From: an uncultured Gemmatimonadaceae bacterium
GTDB lineage: Bacteria > Gemmatimonadota > Gemmatimonadetes > Gemmatimonadales > Gemmatimonadaceae
NCBI GenBank assembly: GCA_963761305.1
Contig: CAVXGK010000002.1
Location: 1,216,001-1,280,000, forward strand
Length of the DNA stretch: 64,000 bases
Reading direction: 5' to 3'
Translations under genes and position numbers: made by a program
Notes under the pieces: model-generated
Seen by the model: only the letters and a program-made list of their open reading frames with translations
What the model was told of the DNA's origin: nothing
The model's database searches: none
In this document: piece after piece, positions 29,798 through 38,903 of the stretch
Numbering within the stretch: position 1 is the first letter of the stretch
How the letters are laid out: each line of letters opens with the position of its first letter

Positions 29798-31573
29798 CTA
29801 TTTGCAGGCGAGCGCTTTCTTGAACTGTGGGACGTAGCCGCTGTAGGTCTGGATGCCCTGCATGATCTGACCGGCGGCGTTCTTGTCGACCGAGGCGCCG
29901 GCCGGCATCGCGATCTGTGCGGTCGTGAAGTTGTCTTCCGCGACCTTCACCTCTTCGCACGCCTGCGCCTTTTCGTCCTTCGTCGCCTTCGGCTTGGTCT
30001 GAATCTTCTGCGCGTTGGTCAGCGCGTCGGCCGCGATGCTGAACGAGGACACCGCGATGAAGAACTTGCTCTGCGGCGACGGCGCGACGCCGTCGACCGT
30101 CTGGGCCGCCTTGAGCGACGCCTCCCAATCCGCGCGCTCCTTTGAGTTCTGAGCCTTTTGGAACGCCGGGATCGCGTTCGCGAGGAGCACCTGACCGAGC
30201 GAGTCCTTGCTGGCTCCGCCGGCGATCGCCTTCTGGGCGATGGCCATCGCGGTGTCGGGCTGGTTCATGTTGTTGGCGGCCGTCATCGCGAACAGCGCGG
30301 CGGTCGTGTTCTTCGGATCGACGTCCATCGCGCGACGCGAGGCGGCAAGCGCTTCCTGCGACTGACCCGCCCTCAAATAGATCTGCGCGAGAAGGAGGTG
30401 CAGGCTGATTTCCTTGGGGAATTTCTGCGCGCCCTTGGCGGCGAGCTCCTGGACCTTGGCCGAGTTGCTGTCGCGCTGCGCGGCGCCGATCTGACGGTTG
30501 ATGTAGGCCATCGTGACGGCAGCCGTGTCGGCCTTCGCCCACTCCTCACCGGCCTCGATCGCGCGCTTCCACATCGTGCGGTCGCCCGCATCGGCCGCGC
30601 GCAGGAGCACGAGCCACTTCGTGTGCAGGATCTCGGGGTCACCCGGGCTCTGCACCAACAGCGTGTCGATGATCGGCAGCGCAACAGCGGGCGCGCCCGA
30701 GTTCGCCAGCTCGTCGATGATCGACTTCGCGATTTGCTGGTTCGACGGATCCGCCTTGTAGACCTTGAGGCTGTACTCGATCGACTTGTCCTTGTCGCCC
30801 TTCGCCTTGTACGCGTCGGTGGCGTACGTGAGCGCGATCATGCTGTTCGGATCGAGCTTGAGGATCGCCTCGGACACGGCGATGATCGAATCCGGCGGCG
30901 CCTTTTGCTGGCCGTAGACGGTGAGCAGGCACATCCGGCCGAGCGTCGTATTGGGATACGCCAGGATCGAGGCCTGTGCCTCTTTGATCGCCTGGTCGTA
31001 CTTGGCGGCGACGTAGTTGTTCTTGCATGCCTTGTAGCCCGGCGCGCCCTTGAGCGCTTCGGTCACCGAGTGCTCGAGCTGTTTCGCCGCGTCGCCGACA
31101 TCTTTGCCGTCGATGGGGGGCAGGGGCTGTGACAGCGTCTGCTGTCCCGACTTCGTGAGGATGCGGGCCTCGAGGCGGACGGCGTTGGCAGCGCCACTCT
31201 TGTTGATCTTCCCTTCGATCACGTATTCGCCGCGGAGCTGCTTCGAGAGCTCCATCAAGTCCGAGGCGTTGAGGGCCGAGTCGGCCTTGTACCCCGACGC
31301 CTCGAGCGTGGCGTTGATTGCCTGTTTCGTGACGACGTAGAGCTCTTGGGCCGAGTGCTCGCTCTGGAATCGCGAGCGAATCTCGTCGGACGCCGTCACC
31401 CCGAGCAAGCGATCATTGCTGGAGAGGACAGGAATGAGGATGTACGGCGTGTCCTGTTTCGGCACGCCGCCGCGTTGGGCGGGTGGAGCGGTGCGCGACT
31501 GCGCCGACATCGGCGCGGCGGCGAGAAGCGCCAACAGGCTCACGGCGGATGCCGCATGGCGTCGCAATGACAT
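29798..31573 (-). CDS. Secreted TPR-repeat protein
   Basis: GGAGGGAAGGA ribosome-binding site before ATG 31573. Signal peptide ending PMSAQ and multiple TPR-like turns (LKLDPN, YKADPS, MDVDPK). Confidence 0.8.
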   Translation of the reverse strand: MSLRRHAASAVSLLALLAAAPMSAQSRTAPPAQRGGVPKQDTPYILIPVLSSNDRLLGVTASDEIRSRFQSEHSAQELYVVTKQAINATLEASGYKADSALNASDLMELSKQLRGEYVIEGKINKSGAANAVRLEARILTKSGQQTLSQPLPPIDGKDVGDAAKQLEHSVTEALKGAPGYKACKNNYVAAKYDQAIKEAQASILAYPNTTLGRMCLLTVYGQQKAPPDSIIAVSEAILKLDPNSMIALTYATDAYKAKGDKDKSIEYSLKVYKADPSNQQIAKSIIDELANSGAPAVALPIIDTLLVQSPGDPEILHTKWLVLLRAADAGDRTMWKRAIEAGEEWAKADTAAVTMAYINRQIGAAQRDSNSAKVQELAAKGAQKFPKEISLHLLLAQIYLRAGQSQEALAASRRAMDVDPKNTTAALFAMTAANNMNQPDTAMAIAQKAIAGGASKDSLGQVLLANAIPAFQKAQNSKERADWEASLKAAQTVDGVAPSPQSKFFIAVSSFSIAADALTNAQKIQTKPKATKDEKAQACEEVKVAEDNFTTAQIAMPAGASVDKNAAGQIMQGIQTYSGYVPQFKKALACK

Positions 31574-31681
31574 CACAGTTCCTTCCCTCCCAAACGTTGA
31601 TCCAAGATACCCTTTGTCGCTCATCCCGGTTCGCCCCGCAAGCGCTCGTTTCTGTGTCCGATCCCGCATCCCGTTCGCGAA

Positions 31682-31755
31682 TGGGCGAAGAGGGACTCGA
31701 ACCCCCGACCCCCTGCGTGTAAGGCAGGTGCTCTAACCAACTGAGCTATTCGCCC
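31682..31755 (-). tRNA. tRNA-Val (anticodon TAC); CCA not encoded
   Basis: GGGCGAATAGCTCAGTTGGTTAGAGCA-CCTGC-CT-TAC-AC-GCAGG-GGGTC-GGGGGTTCGAGTCCCTCTTCGCCCA forms a canonical cloverleaf. Confidence 0.97.
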
Positions 31756-31789
31756 GCCACTCAGGCTTTCCGACCAATCAAGTTCAGAG

Positions 31790-31960
31790 TCACTTGAGAA
31801 TGGCGATCGGAATGAGCACGCAATAGCCGACGGCGAGGAGAATGGGGGCGATCGTTTCACCCCCGCGCGCGAGGTCGGCAAAGCCCGCCACGAGCACCAA
31901 TCCCGCGATTCCCCACCACATCCAGCGTCGTGTACGCGATTCCGTTCCGGTCTCCACCAT
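31790..31960 (-). CDS. Small 2-TM membrane protein (56 aa)
   Basis: MVETGTESRTRRWMWWGIAGLVLVAGF..IAPILLAVGYCVLIPIAILK, directly behind a near-consensus promoter. Confidence 0.65.
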   Translation of the reverse strand: MVETGTESRTRRWMWWGIAGLVLVAGFADLARGGETIAPILLAVGYCVLIPIAILK

Positions 31961-31969
31961 AGGGCGTGT

Positions 31970-31998
31970 AGTGTAGGCCGCGCCAATAAGGGTGTCAA
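31970..31998 (-). promoter_or_regulatory. Sigma70-type promoter
   Basis: TTGACA(31998-93)-N17-TACACT(31975-70). Confidence 0.75.
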
Positions 31999-32050
31999 GC
32001 AAAGTGCTGACGCGAAGTTACGTGACGATGACCACACCATTACGGCGCGG

Positions 32051-33025
32051 TTAAGATGGGGGCGCCGACGACGCTTCGCTCCCAGAATCCGGCGGCTCGT
32101 CCCCACGGAGCAGGGCCTCCAGTGCGCTCCGTTGGGCCGCGATTTCGGCCGCGCGGTCGGCGGCGATCAGCGCGGCCATGCGACGACGGTCGCGCTGCAC
32201 GCGCGCCAGGTACAACGGGAGAATGATCAACAGCAGCAACAGTCCGCCCAGCGTGACGTCGCCGATCAATGCTAGGCCGCCGTAGCGCCGGCGCGTCTGT
32301 CGCTGCCACCGCTGCTCGAACTCCGCCATCGTGATGCCGTACGTCGAGCGCACGGCGCGCTCCATCGTGCCCTGCGTCCGCCACGCCTCGAAGAACCTCG
32401 ACAATCCGTGCGCCGTGTCGAGCGATGCCAATTGATCCACCGCGCCGTACGCGAGCGCGTAGGCGGTCTGCGCGGTCGTCGCTCCCTCGGTGAACTCGCT
32501 GTCGAGCTGATCGAAGGTCGGTGCTCCCTTGATCGCCAGCGCTACGTTCGCCGCGAGCGCGTCGTCACGACCCGTCTCGCGCGCCGCGAAGGTCGCATAG
32601 CCCTCGTCGAACCAGCGCGGCGGGAGGTCGTCGAGGTATTCGTGCAGCGCGAGGTGGGCCAGCTCGTGGCGAAGGACGGCGCGCGGATCGCCGGCGTCCG
32701 CTCCCGCCGAGCGTCCCTGCATCACGATCCGGCGCGAATCGGGAAAGGCCACGGCTGCGCCCCACTCCGGAGCGCGCGGGCCCACCCACTCGCGAAACCG
32801 GCGCTTGTCGGGCGCGATCGCCAACAACACGCGCTGCGTCGGCCGCGGCAATCCTGGAAACGTGTCGTTCGCGATGGAGAGCGACACGAGCGACTGCGCG
32901 AGCGTCTGCTCGCTCGGATAGAACACCGCGGTGAATCGGCCCCGGTCCAGACGGAGCGGCGCGTCCTGCGACGTCGCGCGCGACGGCCAGCCGATTCCAC
33001 AGAGCGCGATCGCCGCCACGGCCAT
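32051..33025 (-). CDS. Membrane-anchored zinc metallopeptidase (MA-like/gluzincin)
   Basis: Signal peptide, HELAH (HExxH), PRWFDEGYA and a C-terminal TM. Start uncertain. Confidence 0.8.
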   Translation of the reverse strand: MAVAAIALCGIGWPSRATSQDAPLRLDRGRFTAVFYPSEQTLAQSLVSLSIANDTFPGLPRPTQRVLLAIAPDKRRFREWVGPRAPEWGAAVAFPDSRRIVMQGRSAGADAGDPRAVLRHELAHLALHEYLDDLPPRWFDEGYATFAARETGRDDALAANVALAIKGAPTFDQLDSEFTEGATTAQTAYALAYGAVDQLASLDTAHGLSRFFEAWRTQGTMERAVRSTYGITMAEFEQRWQRQTRRRYGGLALIGDVTLGGLLLLLIILPLYLARVQRDRRRMAALIAADRAAEIAAQRSALEALLRGDEPPDSGSEASSAPPS

Positions 33026-33039
33026 CGCGCGGCGAAGGT

Positions 33040-33915
33040 TCAGGGCACGCCGCCCGCGGCCACCGTTTCGATGGCCTCCGCGCACCGCTTGCCCCACGGA
33101 TTGAACTTGTTCGCGGAGAATCCGGCCTGCCACGTCGACGTCGCCTCGTGACGCTGCGAGTTGAACCAATACGCGCGGCCGAGCTCGAAGTACGCTTCGA
33201 TCAGGTTCGGCCCCAACGCGACGCTCTTCTGGAAAAACGTCTGCGCGTCCTCGAACATCTCCCGCTCGAGGTAGACCAGTCCGAGATAGAAGTGCGCGTA
33301 CAGCGTCGCCTTCTTGTCGTTGTCGAGCCTGATCGCCCGCGACAGATGCTCGATCGCCTCTCCAAAGATACGCTTCTTCAAGCAGATGTAGCCGAGGTTC
33401 ACGCGGGCCAGCGCGTTCATCGGCTCGCGCACGAGCACGCGCTGAAAGCTGACCAACGCGTCGTCGTAGCGGTCCTGCAGCATGAGCGACCAGCCGAGCA
33501 GCGACTCCGCCTGCGCATCACCCGGCGACAGTTCGAGCGCCTTCTTCAGGAACGTGTCGGCTTCGGCGTATTCGCCCGCCGAGATCCTGTGCCACCCCTT
33601 CTCGATGTACGTCGACGCGCCGAGATGGTCGCTGTGCACGGCGCTGTGCACGGCGTCGTGCACGGCGGGCTTGGCGCCGTCGAGATGCGGCGCAACGCCG
33701 CCGCTGTTGGCGCGAACGCCCTTCCACTTCTCGACGAGCGCGAGGACCTCCTCGCGCAGCACACCGAGCTGCTTGTACTCGGCGTCCACTGTCTTGAACA
33801 GCACGCCGATGTCGGCCTTGAGCGCGTCGAGCTTGGCGCCCGCGTCCGGTTCGTCGAGTCGCGCGTCGAGCAGCGCGCGCCGCGCGCGCAACCCGTCCAA
33901 CGATGCCTCCGCCAC
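33040..33915 (-). CDS. Coiled-coil plus TPR protein
   Basis: N-terminal heptads followed by several TPRs (ALELSP, LVREP, AIRLD, VALGP). GGAG 8 nt before the GTG start. Confidence 0.85.
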   Translation of the reverse strand: MAEASLDGLRARRALLDARLDEPDAGAKLDALKADIGVLFKTVDAEYKQLGVLREEVLALVEKWKGVRANSGGVAPHLDGAKPAVHDAVHSAVHSDHLGASTYIEKGWHRISAGEYAEADTFLKKALELSPGDAQAESLLGWSLMLQDRYDDALVSFQRVLVREPMNALARVNLGYICLKKRIFGEAIEHLSRAIRLDNDKKATLYAHFYLGLVYLEREMFEDAQTFFQKSVALGPNLIEAYFELGRAYWFNSQRHEATSTWQAGFSANKFNPWGKRCAEAIETVAAGGVP

Positions 33916-33918
33916 CGA

Positions 33919-34418
33919 CTACGCTCCCCCCCCCCGTCCTGGTCCCAGCTCTGCGCGCCGTGCTCGACGACGATGCGGTCCGCGTTCCACATGACGCGGT
34001 CCACGTCGAGCACGACGACGAGCTGGTCGCGCACTTTCGTCACGGCGCGGAGCACGTCCGTCGCCACGCCCTTGAACAGCGCGGGCGGCGGCGACATCGA
34101 CTCCGCGGGGACGACGGCGACTTCGAGCACCGCGTCGACGATCGCGCCGACGCGCCCGCTGCTCGTGTTGAGGACCAGCGTGCGCGTCTCTGGCGTGATC
34201 GTCGTTTCGGCCAGCTCGATGCGGCGGCGCAGGTCGATCACCGGAATCACTTCGCCGCGATGCTCGGTCACGCCCTCGACCCACTTTGGCACGTCGGGAA
34301 CGCTGTTGGGCGGCGAGTAGCGCAGCACGCGGTCGACCGACAGCACGTCGGCGGCGAACAAATCCACGCCGAGCTGAAAGACGACCAGTTTGACGCCGGC
34401 GACTTTGTCGTTCTTCAT
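33919..34418 (-). CDS. cheW: CheW protein (natural end probably TAG 33919; as sequenced it reads through a G10 tract to 33546)
   Basis: LVVFQLG..VPDVPKWVEGV..RGEVIPVIDLRRR..GAIVDAV..LVVVLDVD. Confidence 0.88.
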
Positions 34419-34885
34419 GGTTTCTCTCCTGTCGGCGTGGCCAGCACGCCGTCGAGCAACGCGTCCACGTCGACCACCCCGATCAGCTCCGAGCCGCGCC
34501 GCACGAGTCCGACCAGCGCGCCGTCCGCGCCGTCGCTCCCGGGCACGCCGCGCAGCTCCGATTCAGCGATCGAGAGCGCGTCGTAGACGTCGTCGACGGC
34601 AAGACCGATGCGGTGTGCGCCGCCGCGCCGGGTGAACACCAGCGTCGCGCCCGGATTCACGCGCGCGTCCGCGGTTCCGCTCCGCGCTCCGAGCAGCGCG
34701 AGCGGGTCGTAGACCGAAAGCAGGTCGCCGCGCAGCGTCGTGACGCCGCGCACGTGTTCCGGAGCATCGGGCATTCGCTGGAGCTCGGGCGATTCGATCA
34801 CCTCATCGACCGCGGCAAGCGAGACCGCGAACCGCTCGCCGCCAACCCGGAAGACGAGAACCCGCGCTACGCCGTCACGGAACAC
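34415..34885 (-). CDS. cheW: CheW-like protein
   Basis: LVFRVGGERFA..VDEVI..PDAPEHVRGV..LRG..GLAVDDV. Confidence 0.88.
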   Translation of the reverse strand: MFRDGVARVLVFRVGGERFAVSLAAVDEVIESPELQRMPDAPEHVRGVTTLRGDLLSVYDPLALLGARSGTADARVNPGATLVFTRRGGAHRIGLAVDDVYDALSIAESELRGVPGSDGADGALVGLVRRGSELIGVVDVDALLDGVLATPTGEKP

Positions 34886-35945
34886 GGTGCACCTCCGTCG
34901 CCATCATTTGCCCGATGAGTCGGCCGATGTCGGGCAGCGGCGCGACGCAGTCGGCGCCGGCCGCCTGGAGCGCGGCGCTCGGCATGCCGAAGATCGTCGC
35001 CGTCTCGCGATCCTGAATCACCGCGCGTCCGCCGACGGCGCGAATCGCGCGCGTTCCGTCGGCGCCGTCGCGACCCATGCCGGTGAGCACCACCGCGAGC
35101 GTCGACGATCCGAACACGCGCGCCGCCGACTGAAAGAGCATGTCCGCGGCCGGCCGCACGCCCCAGACGGGCGGAAGCTCGTCGAGCGTAATCACCGGTC
35201 CGTCGCCATCGTCGCGCACCGTCATGTGGCGGCCGCCCGGCGCGACGTACACGCGTCCATGCACGACCGGTTCGTCCTGTTCGGCTTCCGCGATGCGAAC
35301 GGCGCTCATCGAGTCGAGCCGCTGCGCGAAACTCTTGGTGAATCCGCGCGGCATGTGCTGCACGACGAGCACCGCGGCGGGGAGCGAACGATGCAGGTGC
35401 GGCACGATCGCGGCCAGCGCGCGCGGTCCGCCGGTGGACGCCGCGATGACGACCGCGCTCGACGCCGCCGCGCCGACGAGCGTCGGCCGCTCGACGACGA
35501 TCGGCGTGCGCCGCTGCAGCTGGCGGAGTCCGGCCGGATTCGCCGCGATGGCGGCGCGCAACGCCTCGAGCAATCGCGGCGAGATCGTCGCGAGGTCGAG
35601 ACTGATCTTTCCCGACGGCTTGAGGACGAAGTCGACGGCGCCCAGCTCCAACGCGCGCAGTGTGGCCGCCTGGCCGCCGCTCGTCGTGCCGGCGCTCAAC
35701 ATCACGACCGGGCGCGGCGACTCGCTCATGATGTAGCCGAGCGCGGTCAGCCCGTCGAGCTCCGGCATGTCCACGTCGAGCGTGACGACGTCGGGATTGA
35801 GGGCGTGCACGAGGCCCAGCGCTTCGTACCCGTTGCGCGCGACGCCGGCAACCTCGAACTCGCCCGAGGCCTCGAGGATTTGCGAGATCAGCCGCCGCAT
35901 GAAGGCGCTGTCGTCGACGACGAGGACGCGGCGTTTAGAGGACAC
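34875..35945 (-). CDS. cheB: Chemotaxis methylesterase CheB (REC plus esterase)
   Basis: VVDDSAFMR, LDVDMP, ASTGGP, QHMP, RPAAD, LTGMGRDG and FGMP. Confidence 0.96.
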   Translation of the reverse strand: MSSKRRVLVVDDSAFMRRLISQILEASGEFEVAGVARNGYEALGLVHALNPDVVTLDVDMPELDGLTALGYIMSESPRPVVMLSAGTTSGGQAATLRALELGAVDFVLKPSGKISLDLATISPRLLEALRAAIAANPAGLRQLQRRTPIVVERPTLVGAAASSAVVIAASTGGPRALAAIVPHLHRSLPAAVLVVQHMPRGFTKSFAQRLDSMSAVRIAEAEQDEPVVHGRVYVAPGGRHMTVRDDGDGPVITLDELPPVWGVRPAADMLFQSAARVFGSSTLAVVLTGMGRDGADGTRAIRAVGGRAVIQDRETATIFGMPSAALQAAGADCVAPLPDIGRLIGQMMATEVHRVP

Positions 35946-36432
35946 GCGACCCCTTTCGCACGGAGCGAACCTCGACGCGACCGTCCGTCAGGTAGAAATA
36001 GACGCTGCGGCCGTAGTCGCTCCCCGTATCTTCGCCGACGAGCTCGATGCGGGATTTCGCGAGCGCCGAGCGCACCGCGGCGACGTTGCGCTCGCCGATG
36101 TTGATGCCGCCCACCGTGGCGAAGTTGCTGCCGAACATGCTCGCGCCGCCGGCGATCTTGGCGCGGATACGATTCGGAACGGCGCCGAGCTTTTTCATCT
36201 GCTCCAGCACGAGCGGGACCGCCGTCGCCGGGAACTTGGCCGGATTCGAGCGGTCGCGCGACATCGACTCGCTCGGCAAGAGCACGTGCGCGAGTCCGCC
36301 GACGCGCGCCACCGAGTCGTACAGCACGATCGCCACGCAGGAGCCGAGGCCGACGGTCGTGATCAGACCGTCCGACGCCACCGCATAGTCGGCGACCTTG
36401 ACCCGGACTTCCGCGAAGGAATCGGCGATCAT
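35935..36432 (-). CDS. cheD: Chemoreceptor glutamine deamidase CheD
   Basis: GLGSCVA, HVLLP, AKIAGGASMF, IGERN and DTGSDYGR. ATG 36432 overlaps the cheR stop. Confidence 0.93.
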   Translation of the reverse strand: MIADSFAEVRVKVADYAVASDGLITTVGLGSCVAIVLYDSVARVGGLAHVLLPSESMSRDRSNPAKFPATAVPLVLEQMKKLGAVPNRIRAKIAGGASMFGSNFATVGGINIGERNVAAVRSALAKSRIELVGEDTGSDYGRSVYFYLTDGRVEVRSVRKGSRVL

Positions 36433-37250
36433 CGGCGGCGGAACACCCGTTCGCGCGCGTCCACCGCGGCGAACTTCGCGCGCGACGGGCCCAGCACGGT
36501 TTCGACCTTGCCGAGCACCAGGAAGCCGCCCGGCGCCAGCGCGTCGTGGAACGCGTCGAAGAGACGAATCTGCGTGTCGCGATCGAAGTAGATGAGCACG
36601 TTGCGGCACGCGATCAGGTGCAGCGGTCCGCGCGGCGCCGGAGCGGCCAGCAGATCACGATTCTCGAATCGCACCATCGTTCGCACGGTCGGCGACACGG
36701 TCAACGGCGGCGTCGCCGAGAAGTAGCGCGCCCGCAGGTCGTCCGGCGTGTCGGCGAAGTCGGACTCGGAGAACTGGCCGTGCCGCGCGGCGATCAGCGA
36801 TCGGCGGTCGATGTCGGTCCCGAGCACGTCGACGCGGCTCAAGCGCGACAACTCGCGCCGCTGTTCGGCGTGGCGATGAAAGAGGATCGCGAGCGAGTAG
36901 GGCTCGTGGCCGGAGGAACAGCCGGCGCTCCAGACGCGAATCGTCGAGAGCGGCGCCGACCACAGCGTCGGCACGACGTGCGTCGCCATCGCCCGATAGA
37001 CGTCCCAGTTCCGGAAGAGCTTCGTGACGTTGATCGTGAGAACATCGAGCAGGCGCTCGTACTCCGACGCGTCGCTGTCGAGCACGCGCGAGTACTCGCC
37101 GTAGGTGTTCACGCCGCGCGCGCGCATGCGCACGGCGATGCGCCGCTGCAGGCACTTCTCCTTGTAGCTCGCGCAGCCGAAGCCGCGCTCGACGGAGATC
37201 TTGCGTGTCAGCGCGAGAAAATCGCCGGCCCCCGAGGCTCGGTCGACCAT
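36429..37250 (-). CDS. cheR: Chemotaxis methyltransferase CheR
   Basis: TINVTKLFR, WSAGCSSGHEPYSLA, GTDID and CRNVLIYF. TGATG overlap with the upstream gene. Confidence 0.95.
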   Translation of the reverse strand: MVDRASGAGDFLALTRKISVERGFGCASYKEKCLQRRIAVRMRARGVNTYGEYSRVLDSDASEYERLLDVLTINVTKLFRNWDVYRAMATHVVPTLWSAPLSTIRVWSAGCSSGHEPYSLAILFHRHAEQRRELSRLSRVDVLGTDIDRRSLIAARHGQFSESDFADTPDDLRARYFSATPPLTVSPTVRTMVRFENRDLLAAPAPRGPLHLIACRNVLIYFDRDTQIRLFDAFHDALAPGGFLVLGKVETVLGPSRAKFAAVDARERVFRRR

Positions 37251-38869
37251 CAGTAGGCCTGCCGAACGGACTCGAGGTTCGATCGAACGATGGCGTTGTC
37301 GGGGTCGAGCTCGAGCGCCCGCTCCCAACATCGCAACGCTTCGTCCCGTTCCTGCCGCCGCAGGCGGATGTTCCCGAGCTTGAGATACGTGTCCGGACCG
37401 ATCTCCGGATTGGCGCGCGTGGCCCGCGCGTAGGCTTCGAGCGCTTCGTCGTACCGCGCGGCGCGGTACCGGAGGTCGCCGATGTTCTTGTGCAGATGCG
37501 CGACGCCGGCGTCCTCGTGGAGCCCGCGCTCGGCCGTCGCGAGCGCGGCGTCGTACTCGCCCAATCGCTCCTGGACCGCGGCGAGGTTGTTGTGCAGCGT
37601 GGCGGCGTGTGGATACGCCGTTACGCCGTCAGTGAGGATCGACGCGGCGCGCGGCGCATCACCGACGAGCGCCGCGGCGAGGGCCGCGAAGTGGAACCAG
37701 GCGGCCGTGGGCGGCTTCCGCCCGAAGAGCCCGCGCGCGCCGGCGAGCGCGGCGTCGGCGGCCGAGAGGTCGCCGGTGAGAAGACACACGACGCCGAGCG
37801 ACGTTTGAATGCGCGCGTCCTTGCCGCCGCCGCGCGCGATGGCGTCGTTCAGCGCGGCGCGCGCTTCGTCGTAGCGGTGCTGCTGCTCGAGCACGAACGC
37901 GAGGTTGTGGAACACCGCCGGCTTCGCGTCCAGGCGCGTGACGCATTCCTTGAACGCGGCCGTCGCTTCGTCCCACTTCGCCTGGCGGGCGAGCACGAGC
38001 CCGACGTAGTAGCGCGCCGCCGCGTCGCCGTCGCGCAGCTCGATCACGCGGCGGAACTCGCGCAGCGACTCGTCGAACATCCCCGTCTTGAAGAACGCGA
38101 TCCCGAGGTTGCGATGCTCCTCGGCGCGTCCGTGCGCCGCGACGGCCGGAGCGGGCGCCGTCTTGCCGATGCGATGGATGAAGCTCGCGTTCACCAGCCC
38201 GAGCAGCGCCTTGCCGACCTCGAATTCCACGAGCCCCGACGCGTCGATGATCCCCTGCACGTCGCGCATGCCGTCGACCAGCTCGAGGACGCTCGTCTGT
38301 TCCTCGGTCAACTCGGCGTCGCTCGTCAGGACGCGGTTGCGATTGATCTCGAATACGAGATCGAAGCTTGGGATTTTTTTTTCGACGAGGCTCCACTCGT
38401 CGACCCGGCGCGCCCCCTCGAGCAGCAGCGACTCGGGGGTGATCGACACGATGTAGTCCTGTCCTTCGGGCACGACGTCGGCCTCGAAGTTGAACGTCCC
38501 TTGGTGCCAGGTGAACAGGAAGTAGACGGCCTCGCGAATCTGCACGTCCACCGCCACGCGCAACTGGTCGGGCGAGACGATGCCCTGCTCCACGAGGATC
38601 CGCCCGAGCGGCGTGTCGAGGCGCTTGGCCTGCGCGTCGAGCGCGGCGTCGAGCTGCGCCTGCGTGACGCCCCCGCTCTTCACGAGACGGTCGCCGAGCC
38701 GGTCGCGGCGATTCACGACCGACGCGTAGCAGATCCGCCCCTTGTCGAAGTAGATATAGCCGAAGCTGGCCCGGTGCGTGATGCTCAGGCAGCCGGTCTT
38801 CTTGCCCATCGCGAGGAGTTGGAGAACGTCGGGGAGGCTCGCCTCCTTGAGGTTGCCGCGGATCGCCAT
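37250..38869 (-). CDS. DUF4388 (PATAN-like) domain with an MshEN-like insert and C-terminal TPRs
   Basis: GNLKEASLPDVLQLL..KTGCL..GRI..W..GTFNF..LLLEGARRVDEW, RLGxxL motifs and multiple TPRs. Confidence 0.85.
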   Translation of the reverse strand: MAIRGNLKEASLPDVLQLLAMGKKTGCLSITHRASFGYIYFDKGRICYASVVNRRDRLGDRLVKSGGVTQAQLDAALDAQAKRLDTPLGRILVEQGIVSPDQLRVAVDVQIREAVYFLFTWHQGTFNFEADVVPEGQDYIVSITPESLLLEGARRVDEWSLVEKKIPSFDLVFEINRNRVLTSDAELTEEQTSVLELVDGMRDVQGIIDASGLVEFEVGKALLGLVNASFIHRIGKTAPAPAVAAHGRAEEHRNLGIAFFKTGMFDESLREFRRVIELRDGDAAARYYVGLVLARQAKWDEATAAFKECVTRLDAKPAVFHNLAFVLEQQHRYDEARAALNDAIARGGGKDARIQTSLGVVCLLTGDLSAADAALAGARGLFGRKPPTAAWFHFAALAAALVGDAPRAASILTDGVTAYPHAATLHNNLAAVQERLGEYDAALATAERGLHEDAGVAHLHKNIGDLRYRAARYDEALEAYARATRANPEIGPDTYLKLGNIRLRRQERDEALRCWERALELDPDNAIVRSNLESVRQAY

Positions 38870-38903
38870 CAGCCCCTCCGCGACGCGCGCGATCGGATGT
38901 GGC

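Noticed and set aside
29394..29823. Short heptad-like ORFs over the satellite (29394-29600, 29521-29823, 29542-29739)
   Set aside because: They are by-products of the 21-bp period, the 22-bp units shift the frame, and one runs through a terminator into a convergent gene.
31682..31755. tRNA-Val as an integration site for the che-mgl block
   Set aside because: I saw no integrase and no duplicated tRNA end. The block lies on the 5' side of the tRNA and is fused to rluD.
33635..33668. 12-bp tandem repeat encoding AVHD/AVHS
   Set aside because: A short in-frame linker expansion with no further evidence of function.
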